The notes: generated from the sequence alone by a model not told the origin. DNA of 24,127 nucleotides from Pseudomonadota bacterium (GCA_043733025.1 JAYTGZ010000044.1:1-24127); one strand, 5' to 3'. Positions 8,265 to 17,894 are shown, counted from the first letter of the stretch. Numbers and translations are program-made.

Positions 8265-11200
8265 CTATAGACAGGCATTCGCTTTAGCGTTGGCGTCGAA
8301 CAAACCGGCTAAGGTCGGCATCAAGTTTTTCAGTATCTGTGTCGCGAGTGCGCTGGTGAAGTGATATTTGGCGGCTTCTTCACCGGGGACATACGCCACC
8401 AAGGTGCCGAAGAACCGATCACCCAGCAGGAACATGAAAGTTGCGGAGCGATTGACGACCCGCGATGAAATGAGCTGACCGTATTTGCCATAGGTGTCGA
8501 AGCGATGGTCGCCGGTGCCGGTTTTTCCGCCGATGTCGATGGCGTTGCCTTGCGCGTCGACTAGTGTCCCCCGCAAACGTTTGGCCGTCCCGCTTTCCAC
8601 CACATCGATCAAGGCGCGGCGGGCAACGTCCGTCACTTCTTTCGGCAATACGCGCTCGCCCGCTTGGGTGCGGCGCTCGAACTGCGTTTCGTAAGGTGTG
8701 GCTTCGGCGAAGTGTAAACTCTGCAGCCGCACCGTTGGGCGGCGTATGCCTTCGTTGACGATAATGCCCATCAGTTCCGCCAGCGCGGCGGGCCGATCCG
8801 CCGAACTTCCCAGTGCGCTAGCATAGGAGGGCACCAGGGAATCGAACGGATAGCCCAAACGTTTCCAGGCGCGATGCACTTCCAGAAAGCCTTCGACTTC
8901 CAGCAAACTCAAAATGCGTCGATCTTGCGCATTCTTGCGCCGCGTGTTGAACAGCCAGCGATACACGGCCTGGCGTTCATCGCTGCTTGCTTCCAGCATT
9001 TGGGCGGCCGTGGCGCCAGGGTGGGCACGCAAGAAGCCGACGACCCAGAGCTCGAGCGGATGAACCCCGGCGATATATCCGCGATCCGCGAGAGTGAATT
9101 TGCCCGGCGCGTATTTGTCGTATAGCACCTGGATATCGGCTTCCTTGGGTTGATCTTCTTCAAGATACGTGCCGAGGAACGAAGTAAAGCTACCGACGCC
9201 GGCGTCGGGATCAATGACGCGATAAATCGCCGCCAGCTTGGGCGCGGTTTCGCGCATGCCTTGGATGAGCAATTGCTCTACTTCCATAGCGCTCTTATCG
9301 CGATACTTTTGCAGGAACCGGCGCACGAAGATGCGGCCTTCGCGATCGGCGAAGCGCGCCAGATAGTCCTTGCGGCGTGGATCCTTGGCATCGGTCAGCA
9401 ATCGCGCCGACGAGCCCGGCGTTTGGAACATATAATGCCGAACCACATCACGCATCAAACGCACGAACACCAGATTCACCGAATTGCGGAACCCTTCGCG
9501 CAGCGGCATGACGCGGCCATCGTCATCGGCACTAAAATTATCGAAGCGGTGGACGCCACCGCCGGTGAAAAACTCTTCTGCCGGGCTGGCGGAATAATCG
9601 CGATCCATGGCGGATTCGAGCATGGTCGGTAGGTCGCCGGGGCCGTTGGTTTTGAGATAGTCGATCGCCCAGCGGGTTAACACATCGCGCGGATCGATCT
9701 CGACTTTCGTCAATTCTTCCATGTGCGTTTCCGCGTAGCGCGCGTGCAGGGCGGCGATGATTTCCAGATAAGTGACCAGCGTGCGGAATTTTGCTGTCGA
9801 GCCGAGATCGAGCTTGGTGCCTTGATTGATATCGAACGGCTGCTCGTAGTTATCGGTTTGCACGCGCAGTAAATTACCGCGATCGGTGCGCTCGAATAAG
9901 GTAAAGCTATAAACGACTTTGGCAGGATCGGCACTCTCCAGCAATTGTTTCTGGTTCAAGCCCGCTTCGGCCGTCACGGCGGGATCCTTGAGTTGATACA
10001 GCACATCGGTAACGGATTTTTGCAGTTTGCTATTGAGCGTGCTCGTTACGGTCAAGTCCAAGCGGTCGAGATCATACAAGCGCGCGGTGTTCAACACGCT
10101 GCTGAGGTGGGTGCGTACCGTGGTTGCGACCTTGCGCGTGGCAAAAGATGACGGCGGTGTCGCGACCTTGGTCGTGCTCAGCGCCAGTTCCACGGCGAGT
10201 GCCGCGTCGCGAAATACCGGCGTAATGACGCCGGCTTGGGTCAGCATGCGCAAATGGTTATTCGCGAGTTCATTCAAGACTGACGCTTTGCTGTTGAGCA
10301 GGTCCGAGGGCCGGCGCTCGGCGATCATCAGCGACAAAGCTTGCTTGTAGGCCTGAGCTTGTTTGCCCATGTCGGCCTGTCCCACGGTGCGTTGCAGGAG
10401 TTGATTTACTTCGGCGAAATCGCGTCCATACCAAGCCCATAACCCGTCGCCGATACCATTGACTTCGCCATAGCCGAGTTGCGCCGCTAGCGGCACGGTG
10501 TTGAGATAATCCGTGACGATTCGTTGCCGCGTCAACGTCGTATCCTCGCCATCGAGATAGGCGCGCAGCGACGCCGACGCCATTTGGCGTAGTTTCTGCT
10601 TGCCGGAACTGGTGCGGCCGTCGGGCGAATGACGATATTTTTCGATCTGGGTGGCTAGGGTGCTGCCGCCCTGGGTATCGTGCTCGGGAAACAAGACGCT
10701 AATGAACTGATCGAGCAGTGCTTTACCGAAGCGATCCCATTCCACCGCCGGGTTGCGTTTTGGGTGAGCCGGATCGAGCAGTTCGCGGTTTTCGATAAAT
10801 AACAACGTATCGACCAGTAATCTTGGGACGGCGTCGAAATTCGGATACGTGCGCTCGGGATAACGGGCGGAAAACATCGCTGTGTCACTGCAATCATAAA
10901 TGCGCAACCCCGCCTGGGTCTTTTCGCGGTAAGGCGGATAGAAGTCCCGCTCGATGAGTGCGACGAGTTGCGGCGACATTCGTGCTTGTTTGGCGATATC
11001 GAAATCGCGCGTCACCAGGTTCTTGCTCAAGCCGGCGAGACCGGCGTAGCCGAAGCGCTCGTCGAACGGCCCGGTGGTGGGGAAACGGATGCTGTCGCTT
11101 GCGCCCTGATCCAGCCCAAACGTGTACTGCTTCACTCGCCTCGCCAGGTAGTTGGCTTGCCAGTCGGAAGAGATGAGATCGTGGACCGCAAGTCCGCAGG

Positions 11201-11306
11201 CAAACGCGAGCCCTATCCACAGAAAGGAAGTCAGAAAGGCGCGCAGGACATACCAAGCGGTGCAAAGTGCAGCAACGATCATTGAGTCACTATAGTTTTT
11301 GTTCAT
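8265..11306 (-). CDS. Large atypical class A penicillin-binding protein (GT51 transglycosylase plus transpeptidase)
   Basis: N-terminal TM; GT51-like IENRELL, QGGSTLATQ, YLNTVPL; transpeptidase SxxK (STAK), SxN (SVN) and KTG (GKTGTG); start may be 11306 or 11282. Confidence 0.8.
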   Translation of the reverse strand: MNKNYSDSMIVAALCTAWYVLRAFLTSFLWIGLAFACGLAVHDLISSDWQANYLARRVKQYTFGLDQGASDSIRFPTTGPFDERFGYAGLAGLSKNLVTRDFDIAKQARMSPQLVALIERDFYPPYREKTQAGLRIYDCSDTAMFSARYPERTYPNFDAVPRLLVDTLLFIENRELLDPAHPKRNPAVEWDRFGKALLDQFISVLFPEHDTQGGSTLATQIEKYRHSPDGRTSSGKQKLRQMASASLRAYLDGEDTTLTRQRIVTDYLNTVPLAAQLGYGEVNGIGDGLWAWYGRDFAEVNQLLQRTVGQADMGKQAQAYKQALSLMIAERRPSDLLNSKASVLNELANNHLRMLTQAGVITPVFRDAALAVELALSTTKVATPPSSFATRKVATTVRTHLSSVLNTARLYDLDRLDLTVTSTLNSKLQKSVTDVLYQLKDPAVTAEAGLNQKQLLESADPAKVVYSFTLFERTDRGNLLRVQTDNYEQPFDINQGTKLDLGSTAKFRTLVTYLEIIAALHARYAETHMEELTKVEIDPRDVLTRWAIDYLKTNGPGDLPTMLESAMDRDYSASPAEEFFTGGGVHRFDNFSADDDGRVMPLREGFRNSVNLVFVRLMRDVVRHYMFQTPGSSARLLTDAKDPRRKDYLARFADREGRIFVRRFLQKYRDKSAMEVEQLLIQGMRETAPKLAAIYRVIDPDAGVGSFTSFLGTYLEEDQPKEADIQVLYDKYAPGKFTLADRGYIAGVHPLELWVVGFLRAHPGATAAQMLEASSDERQAVYRWLFNTRRKNAQDRRILSLLEVEGFLEVHRAWKRLGYPFDSLVPSYASALGSSADRPAALAELMGIIVNEGIRRPTVRLQSLHFAEATPYETQFERRTQAGERVLPKEVTDVARRALIDVVESGTAKRLRGTLVDAQGNAIDIGGKTGTGDHRFDTYGKYGQLISSRVVNRSATFMFLLGDRFFGTLVAYVPGEEAAKYHFTSALATQILKNLMPTLAGLFDANAKANACL

Positions 11307-11341
11307 GAAAATATCGCCGCCGCATTTGTTACCGTAATAGT

Positions 11342-11350
11342 TGGTAGAAT
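11342..11350 (+). promoter_or_regulatory. Extended -10 promoter for rhodanese-aroE-mtgA
   Basis: TG-G-TAGAAT about 50 bp before ATG 11401. Confidence 0.5.
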
Positions 11351-11400
11351 TGAATCTTTAGTCGTCGATGCGGAACTATTCGCGTGCGCGCGGAGGGGCA

Positions 11401-11853
11401 ATGAGCAAGATATCGGAAACCTTAAAAGTGGCGCAACAACGCGCGAAGGACATGAGTCTACCCTACGAGGGTGCATTATTGCCCGCCGAGGCGCAACTCA
11501 TCTTGCAGGAGGCGCCCGCCGCCAAGCTGGTGGACGTGCGCACCCGGGCGGAGTGGGAGTGGGTGGGATTCATTCCCGGTTCGGTACAAATCGAATGGCA
11601 GACCTACCCCGGTGGCCAGCCCAACCCACATTTCATCGACGCGCTGAAGCAGCAAGTGGACAAGGAATCGCTGGTGATGTTTCTGTGCCGATCCGGCGCT
11701 CGCTCCCATGCGGCGGCGACCATGGCGACCCAGGCGGGTTATTTGGATTGCTACAACGTGCTGCAAGGATTCGAAGGTGATAAAGATGCCGACGCTCATC
11801 GCAATACGCTTGGCGGTTGGCGCGCGGCGGGCTTACCGTGGAAGCAAGGTTAG
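11401..11853 (+). CDS. Single-domain rhodanese / sulfurtransferase-like protein
   Basis: LVDVRTRAEW, active-site loop CRSGAR, NVLQGFEG, GGW; RBS GGAGGGG before ATG 11401, so the ORF-track start at 11368 is probably too early. Confidence 0.85.
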   Translation: MSKISETLKVAQQRAKDMSLPYEGALLPAEAQLILQEAPAAKLVDVRTRAEWEWVGFIPGSVQIEWQTYPGGQPNPHFIDALKQQVDKESLVMFLCRSGARSHAAATMATQAGYLDCYNVLQGFEGDKDADAHRNTLGGWRAAGLPWKQG

Positions 11854-11871
11854 TAAGTTGACGGGTTGCCG

Positions 11872-12708
11872 ATGACCGATCGTTACGCCGTCATCGGCAA
11901 CCCCATTACCCACAGTAAATCGCCGCTGATCCACGCCGAGTTTGCCAAGCAAACGGGCCAGGACATGAGCTATGAAGCCCTGCTCGCGCCGCTCGACGGT
12001 TTCGCTGGCGAAGCGAGCGCGTTTCGCAAACAGGGCGGCCGCGGCATGAATGTCACCTTGCCGTTTAAGCTCAAGGCGTTTGAACTGGCGACGGAAAAGA
12101 GCCCGCGGGCGCTCGATGCCCAAGCCGTGAACATGCTGAAATTCAGCGCCAATAGTGTTTTTGGCGACAACACCGATGGCGTCGGCCTGACCCGCGACAT
12201 CACACAGAATCTGGGAACTTCCATTCGCGACAAGCGTGTATTGCTCATCGGCGCCGGTGGCGCTGCCCGCGGCGTTATTTATCCGCTATTGCAGGAAGGC
12301 CCGCTAGCCCTGACGATCGTGAACCGGACCTTCGAAAAAGCTCGCGAACTGATCATGCGCTATTTTCAGATATCGTCCTTTAAGGGCATCCACCTCGCCG
12401 CGCTGCCGTTTGCGGATCTGGCTGGGCACAGTTTCGATATCGTCATCAACGCCAGCTCGGCGAGCGTGACGGACGAGGCGCTGCCGTTGCCCGCGCACCT
12501 ATTCGCGCGCGGGTCACTCGCTTATGAAATGATGTACGGCAAAGGCCGCACGCCGTTCCTGAAATTCGCGCGCGACGACGGGGCGGGGAAAACGTGCGAC
12601 GGCCTTGGCATGTTGGTGGAACAGGCCGCGGAGTCGTTTTATCTCTGGCGCGGAGTGAGACCGGATACGCAATTTGTCTTAAATAAACTAAAAACAATTC
12701 CCGCTTGA
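11872..12708 (+). CDS. aroE: Shikimate dehydrogenase
   Basis: GNPITHSKSP, NVTLPFK, DNTDG, GAGGAARG, GLGMLVEQAAESF. Confidence 0.95.
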   Translation: MTDRYAVIGNPITHSKSPLIHAEFAKQTGQDMSYEALLAPLDGFAGEASAFRKQGGRGMNVTLPFKLKAFELATEKSPRALDAQAVNMLKFSANSVFGDNTDGVGLTRDITQNLGTSIRDKRVLLIGAGGAARGVIYPLLQEGPLALTIVNRTFEKARELIMRYFQISSFKGIHLAALPFADLAGHSFDIVINASSASVTDEALPLPAHLFARGSLAYEMMYGKGRTPFLKFARDDGAGKTCDGLGMLVEQAAESFYLWRGVRPDTQFVLNKLKTIPA

Positions 12709-13400
12709 TTCTATCAAATCGCTGGCTGTGGTTCGGCGCGGGATTCATGCTCCTGCTCCTGATCTTGTACCAATTCTGGCTGTTGGCCCATGTCGCGTGG
12801 TGGGTCAACCATAATCCTTCCACCAGCGCCTTCATGGACGAGCGGCTCGAGATACTGCAAGAAAAAGATCCCGACGCTGAATTGCGCCATCGCTGGGTGA
12901 TCTACGATCGCATCTCCAATCAGTTGAAGCGCGCCATCATCGCGGCCGAGGATGCTAAGTTCGTCGACCATGAAGGATTCGACTGGCAGGGCATCCAGCA
13001 GGCCATGGCGAAGAACGTCAGGCAAGGTAAGATCGTCGCCGGCGGCTCCACCATCTCGCAGCAACTCGCCAAGAATCTGTTTCTCTCGGGCCGCCGCACG
13101 CCATGGCGCAAGGCGGAAGAAGCACTGATCACCATGATGTTGGAAAACCTCATGACTAAACAGCGCATCCTGGAGATTTATCTCAACATCATTGAATGGG
13201 GCAACGGCGTATTCGGCGCCGAGGCCGCGGCGCGCCATTATTTCAAAGTCAGCGCCGCGCAACTTTCCGCCGGCCAAGCCGCCAAGCTCGCCGCCATGGT
13301 GCCCAACCCGCGCTTTTACGACAAGAACCGCAATGCGCGCGGCTTACTGCGTAAGACGCGGATCATTCAACGCCAACTAGCTTACGTGGACTTGCCCTAG
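12705..13400 (+). CDS. mtgA: Monofunctional peptidoglycan transglycosylase
   Basis: AAEDAKF, GGSTISQQLAKN, RKAEE, ILEIYLN; TTG start overlaps the aroE stop; conserved aroE-mtgA pairing. Confidence 0.93.
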   Translation: MILSNRWLWFGAGFMLLLLILYQFWLLAHVAWWVNHNPSTSAFMDERLEILQEKDPDAELRHRWVIYDRISNQLKRAIIAAEDAKFVDHEGFDWQGIQQAMAKNVRQGKIVAGGSTISQQLAKNLFLSGRRTPWRKAEEALITMMLENLMTKQRILEIYLNIIEWGNGVFGAEAAARHYFKVSAAQLSAGQAAKLAAMVPNPRFYDKNRNARGLLRKTRIIQRQLAYVDLP

Positions 13401-13578
13401 GAGCCTGTCGGACTTAAAGGAAATCGGCTGCAAAAGAGGCTGAGCGGTCCATGGCCCCAGGCCACCCCGTATTTCGCCGCTTTCTTGGGCAATAGAACGA
13501 CTATTGCCCGGCGAAATCGTCAAAATCTGTCCTCGTTCAGCCTCTTTTTCGCTGCGATTCTTTAAGTCCGACAGGCTC
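13401..13578. mobile_element. Family-2 MITE-like element (178 bp)
   Basis: Perfect 19-bp TIR GAGCCTGTCGGACTTAAAG; CTAG direct repeats at 13397-13400 (contains the mtgA stop) and 13579-13582; subterminal AAAAGAGGCTGA inverted repeats; central hairpin GGGCAATAG-N5-CTATTGCCC. Confidence 0.88.
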
Positions 13579-13737
13579 CTAGCCCCAACCCAATTTTTTG
13601 ATCACCGTGCCACGAGCCATAACCGGTGCGGCAACTGGCAAGTCATACCCTAGGAGCCGCACCCCGCTTGCCTCCTGGCCCAATGCCTAGTCGAGAATAA
13701 TCAGGCGCGGCTACGCCAATTTCCCTAGAATGGCGGG

Positions 13738-15213
13738 ATGAACGAGCCTGGCAACCAGCATCTCGAAAAGTCCGAACCGCGTCCCGCGGACGATATCGAG
13801 CGTACCTTCGGCGAAATTACGGCGCTGCTGGACAAGCACGCGTTGGTCGAGCATGTGGTTCACCAGCAGGCGATGCCGAAACACGAACTGGTTGAATCCC
13901 TAGTGCATCGCCAAAGCCTGGCGGATCTGAAAAATCGCCTGCAGGCGAAGCTAGAGGATTTACACGCGGCTGACGTAGCGCGGATTTTGGAGGCCTTGCC
14001 CCCGGCGCGGCGTTTGTTGGTTTGGGATCTGGTCAAGGCGGAGCGGGACGGCGAGATCCTGCTGGAAGTCTCCGATTCGGTGCGCGAGAGCTTGATCGCG
14101 AGCATGGACGCCCGGGAATTGGTGGCCGCCGCCGAACAGCTCGACGCCGACGAGCTTGCCGACCTCGCCCCCGACTTGCCGCGCGACGTGATCCAGGACG
14201 TGCTGGAAAGTCTCGATGCCCAGGATCGTGCACGTGTGCAGTCGGCGTTGTCCTATCCCGAGGAGTCGGTGGGCGCGGCGATGGACTTCGAGATTGTGTC
14301 CGTGCGGCCGGATATCAGCATCGAGACGGCGCTGCGCTATCTGCGCCGCCTCGGCGAATTGCCCGGTCACACGGATCAATTATTTGTGGTGGACCGCGAC
14401 GACCATTTGCTCGGCGGCCTGCCGCTGCACCGCATGCTAGTGCGGGATCCCGACACCAATGTCGGCGACATCATGGAAAAGGAGATCATCCGCTTCAAGC
14501 CGACGGACGAAGCGGCAGACGCGGCCTCGGCGTTCGAGCGTTATGATTTCATTTCCGCGCCGGTGGTGGACGGTTCCAATCGCCTGGTGGGCCGCTTGAC
14601 GGTCGATTCCATGGTGGACGTGATCCGCGAGGAGTCCGACAACCAGATGCTGGGCCTGGCCGGTTTACGCGAAGAAGAGCATTTGTTTTCCTCGGTATGG
14701 AAAAGCGCCCAGAACCGCGGGCTGTGGCTGGCGATTAACTTGGTCACCGCATTGATCGCCTCGCGGGTGATCGCCGTGTTCGAGGGCAGTATCGAGAAAC
14801 TCGCGGCATTGGCGGCGTTGATGCCCATCGTCGCTGGCATCGGCGGTAACTCGGGCAATCAGACGACGACACTGATCGTGCGCGGCCTGGCGTTAGGGCA
14901 CATCAAGCTCGCCAACGCCAAGAAGCTGTTGTTGAAGGAGTTGGCCGTGAGCTTGCTCAACGGCCTATTCTGGGGCGGTATACTCGGTGTAATCGCCTAT
15001 TTGCTCTATCACAGCATTCCCTTGGGCGTGGTGATGACCAGCGCGATGGCGCTTAACTTGCTGGTCGCGGCGTTAATGGGTACTCTGTTACCGTTGACCA
15101 TGCATCGGCTGGGCCGCGACCCGGCAGTGGGCTCCAGCGTACTGCTGACGGCCATTACCGATAGCATGGGATTTTTTATTTTTCTAGGGCTGGCAACTCT
15201 GTTTTTGCTTTGA
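13738..15213 (+). CDS. mgtE: Magnesium transporter MgtE
   Basis: Acidic N domain, CBS pair, TM region with MPIVAGIGGNSGNQ and DPAVGSS..LTAITD. Confidence 0.95.
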   Translation: MNEPGNQHLEKSEPRPADDIERTFGEITALLDKHALVEHVVHQQAMPKHELVESLVHRQSLADLKNRLQAKLEDLHAADVARILEALPPARRLLVWDLVKAERDGEILLEVSDSVRESLIASMDARELVAAAEQLDADELADLAPDLPRDVIQDVLESLDAQDRARVQSALSYPEESVGAAMDFEIVSVRPDISIETALRYLRRLGELPGHTDQLFVVDRDDHLLGGLPLHRMLVRDPDTNVGDIMEKEIIRFKPTDEAADAASAFERYDFISAPVVDGSNRLVGRLTVDSMVDVIREESDNQMLGLAGLREEEHLFSSVWKSAQNRGLWLAINLVTALIASRVIAVFEGSIEKLAALAALMPIVAGIGGNSGNQTTTLIVRGLALGHIKLANAKKLLLKELAVSLLNGLFWGGILGVIAYLLYHSIPLGVVMTSAMALNLLVAALMGTLLPLTMHRLGRDPAVGSSVLLTAITDSMGFFIFLGLATLFLL

Positions 15214-15261
15214 GGGCGTGGGAGGTAAATTTGCTGGGAAACGTTAAACCTCGGTTTGGCC

Positions 15262-16395
15262 ATGGCTGACCACCCCGACTCGATTGATCGCCGCAAAGGC
15301 CAATGGGACCGTCGCAGTTCGCACCGGCGCCTATCGGACACCTGGTCGGGCTCGGTTCGCTTTGCCGGTTGGAACGAACAGCTTGTTCAGTTCCTCACGC
15401 GCTATTTGTTCATCGTGATTGCCCTCGTGTTCTTCGCTAGCTCCGAGAAACCGAGCTCCATAGGCATGCCGCACTGGCAGATATACGCCTTTTTCTTGAC
15501 CTATTCGGTCATCAACGCCTTCAATATGTGGCACGCTTGGCGCTATCCGCGGTCGATTCCGCGCTATCGCTTTGCCATGTGGCTGGACATTCTCGCCGTG
15601 GCGGTGGGCGTGCTGAACGATCCTTACGATATTCCACCGACACTCATTGTTTTTATTCTCGTTGTTCTCGGTAACGGCATGCGCTACGGTATGCCATTTT
15701 TTGCCGAGGGTTTGATCGGCGCCTTCATCGGCGGCTTGGCGGCGTTGGGGCTGCGGCAAATGAATTCCAGCCTAAGCATGACGCCGGGCATGATCTTCCT
15801 TACGCTGTTTTCCGGCATCGTCCTGATCTATGCCTATATCCTCATGGGGCGCATCGAATCGACCCGGCGCCAGTTGGAACACTCCAGCGCGACGGACACA
15901 CTGACCGGCCTTTTGAACCGGCGCGGTTTGTACGAAACCGCTGAGCGGCTATTCGACCGCGCCTTGGGTCACGGCGAAAAAATCGTGGTGATGTTCGCCG
16001 ATATGGACAAGTTCAAAAGCATCAATGACACTTACGGTCATCCGGCGGGAGACCAAGTGTTGCGCGAACTCGGCACGATCCTGCGGGAATCCTTGCGTTC
16101 CCATGACGTGGCCGCGCGCTACGGCGGCGACGAGTTTGTGCTGATTTTGTCCAACACCACGATCGATGAAGCGGAATACGTCGGCCGCCGGATCCAGGAA
16201 AAAGTCAAAGCCGCGGCGCAATCGCGCGGCCAGGAGCTCAGCCTCTCCATCGGCTTGGGTGAGGCGCCGACCAACGGCGCGACATTGGACGCGGTGCTGG
16301 AATGCGTGGACCAAGTGCTGTACCAGTGCAAGGAGCGCCATGGCGCAGGTGGGCTGATGCGGGCGGGTCAAGTGGAAGCGCCGGAAGCGGTGTAG
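15262..16395 (+). CDS. Membrane-anchored diguanylate cyclase (multi-TM input plus GGDEF)
   Basis: DTLTGLLNRRG, DMDKFKSINDTYGH..GD, RxxD I-site (RSHD) and an intact GGDEF; about 5-6 N-terminal TM helices. Confidence 0.9.
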   Translation: MADHPDSIDRRKGQWDRRSSHRRLSDTWSGSVRFAGWNEQLVQFLTRYLFIVIALVFFASSEKPSSIGMPHWQIYAFFLTYSVINAFNMWHAWRYPRSIPRYRFAMWLDILAVAVGVLNDPYDIPPTLIVFILVVLGNGMRYGMPFFAEGLIGAFIGGLAALGLRQMNSSLSMTPGMIFLTLFSGIVLIYAYILMGRIESTRRQLEHSSATDTLTGLLNRRGLYETAERLFDRALGHGEKIVVMFADMDKFKSINDTYGHPAGDQVLRELGTILRESLRSHDVAARYGGDEFVLILSNTTIDEAEYVGRRIQEKVKAAAQSRGQELSLSIGLGEAPTNGATLDAVLECVDQVLYQCKERHGAGGLMRAGQVEAPEAV

Positions 16396-16406
16396 CCTCG
16401 CCTTGG

Positions 16407-16567
16407 GGGTTTGTTTAAAAAAGTAGCGAGGATGCCCGTATGCTAGGGCGCACGGCGCGCGGGGACCGCAATGGTCTCAAATGTACATGAGGATTCCAAG
16501 CACCGGGCAACGACAGGCTCCTAGGCCAGCCCCCAGACGGGCGCCGCGGTAGTTTTTCAACAAACCC
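16407..16567. mobile_element. Family-1 MITE-like element, copy C (161 bp)
   Basis: Degenerate left TIR GGGTTTGTTTAAAAAA, right TIR GTTTTTCAACAAACCC; body GTAGCGAGGATGCCCGTATGCTAGG...GTACATGAGGATTCC shared with copy B. Confidence 0.8.
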
Positions 16568-16817
16568 TAAGGGCGCCTTGCCCGCAGCCACGCGGACATT
16601 GCTTGCTGGCGATGCGTAGCCAGAGAGCCGTGTTGGTATTGCCTCTGCGGGCAATCTCCCGTGCGAATCGATCCTTCCGTTGGTAGCTTTTTTGATCGAA
16701 AAGTAATCTTTTCGTGACCATTCTGTCTAAAAGTCAGCCTACCATCACGTTTGCCGTTTACATCTATCGGCAGTTCGCGGTCATATATCGTTTCGTATCT
16801 TTACTAGGAGATAGCAG

Positions 16818-17765
16818 GTGATCATTAAAACAACATCGGACATCGTTGCGTCGGACATAACCGATCGACAGGTTTATTTGAATCGGCGGTCGTTTTTGCA
16901 GACGGCAGCCGTCGCGGGCATCGCCAGCATAGGCGGTTCGCTGCTGGCGCCTCGCGATGCCATGGCGCTGACCAAACTCAACCTCGCCAAGAAAGGCGTG
17001 GTCACGGCGGACGATCCGTTGACGCCGCTACGCGACGTGACGAGCTATAATAATTTCTATGAGTTCGGGACGGATAAGTCCGATCCAGCGTCCTATGCAT
17101 CGTCGCTGAAAACCCGCCCTTGGACCGTGGCCGTCGAGGGCGAGATCAAGCGGCCCAAAGTGTACGACATCGACGAGTTCCTCAAGCTTGCCCCGTTGGA
17201 AGAGCGCATCTACCGGCTCCGCTGCGTGGAAGGCTGGTCCATGGTAATCCCGTGGGTGGGCTACTCGCTCAACGAACTGATCAAGCGGGTCGAACCGACC
17301 GGCAAAGCGAAGTATGTCGAGTTCACGACATTGTTAGCGCCGGACCAGATGCCCGGCCAGAAATCGGCGGTGCTGAACTGGCCGTACATCGAAGGCTTGC
17401 GCCTCGATGAGGCGATGCATCCGCTGACCTTGCTCTGCGTTGGGCTGTACGGCGAGGTGCTGCCTAACCCGAATGGCGCGCCCGTACGCGTCGTGGTGCC
17501 GTGGAAGTATGGCTTCAAAAGCGCCAAGTCCATCGTCAAAATTCGTTTCGTCGAGAAGGAACCGTTGACCGCTTGGAACCGCGCCGTGCCCAGCGAATAT
17601 GGTTTCTATTCCAACGTCAATCCGGACGTCGAGCACCCGCGCTGGAGCCAAGCCAAGGAACGCCGCATCGGTGAGCTGAGCAAACGCAAGACGCTGATGT
17701 TCAACGGTTACGCTGATCAGGTGACGCAACTTTATACGGGCATGAATCTGCAGAAACAATTCTAG
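16818..17765 (+). CDS. msrP: Periplasmic protein-methionine-sulfoxide reductase, catalytic Mo subunit
   Basis: Tat signal [38 protein letters not shown]; AGGAG RBS before the GTG. Confidence 0.95.
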   Translation: MIIKTTSDIVASDITDRQVYLNRRSFLQTAAVAGIASIGGSLLAPRDAMALTKLNLAKKGVVTADDPLTPLRDVTSYNNFYEFGTDKSDPASYASSLKTRPWTVAVEGEIKRPKVYDIDEFLKLAPLEERIYRLRCVEGWSMVIPWVGYSLNELIKRVEPTGKAKYVEFTTLLAPDQMPGQKSAVLNWPYIEGLRLDEAMHPLTLLCVGLYGEVLPNPNGAPVRVVVPWKYGFKSAKSIVKIRFVEKEPLTAWNRAVPSEYGFYSNVNPDVEHPRWSQAKERRIGELSKRKTLMFNGYADQVTQLYTGMNLQKQF

Positions 17766-17881
17766 ACCGATGCAACACTACTGCGCGAAACGAGGTTCGT
17801 CCCGCAGTGCTCAATGTACTGCTCGTACGCCTGCGCTTGTCGGACGAAACTCGGCTTGCGCGCTACGTTTTGAATCGATCT
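17764..17881. mobile_element. Diverged relative of the family-1 MITE, between msrP and msrQ
   Basis: Imperfect TIRs AGACCGATGCAACAC and rc AGATCGATTCAAAAC (12/15); subterminal CTACTGCG and GCTACGTTTT as in copy D; GTAC-N5-GTAC core; inner arms 17791-17802 and 17842-17853 (11/12). Confidence 0.55.
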
Positions 17882-17894
17882 GCTTGGCATCACA

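Noticed and set aside
13583-13737. M-box or other Mg-sensing leader before mgtE
   Set aside because: No recognisable M-box sequence; the -10 spacing suggests a leaderless transcript
16570-16700. Moco riboswitch upstream of the molybdoenzyme msrP
   Set aside because: Lacks the conserved stems and the CUCCCG...GGAAAGG-type 3' hairpin as I recall them; an Rfam scan would be decisive
16785-16799. Possible fourth MarR operator upstream of msrP (ATATCG-TTT-CGTATC)
   Set aside because: Only 8 of 12 arm positions match and the symmetry is broken; not enough to place msrPQ in the regulon
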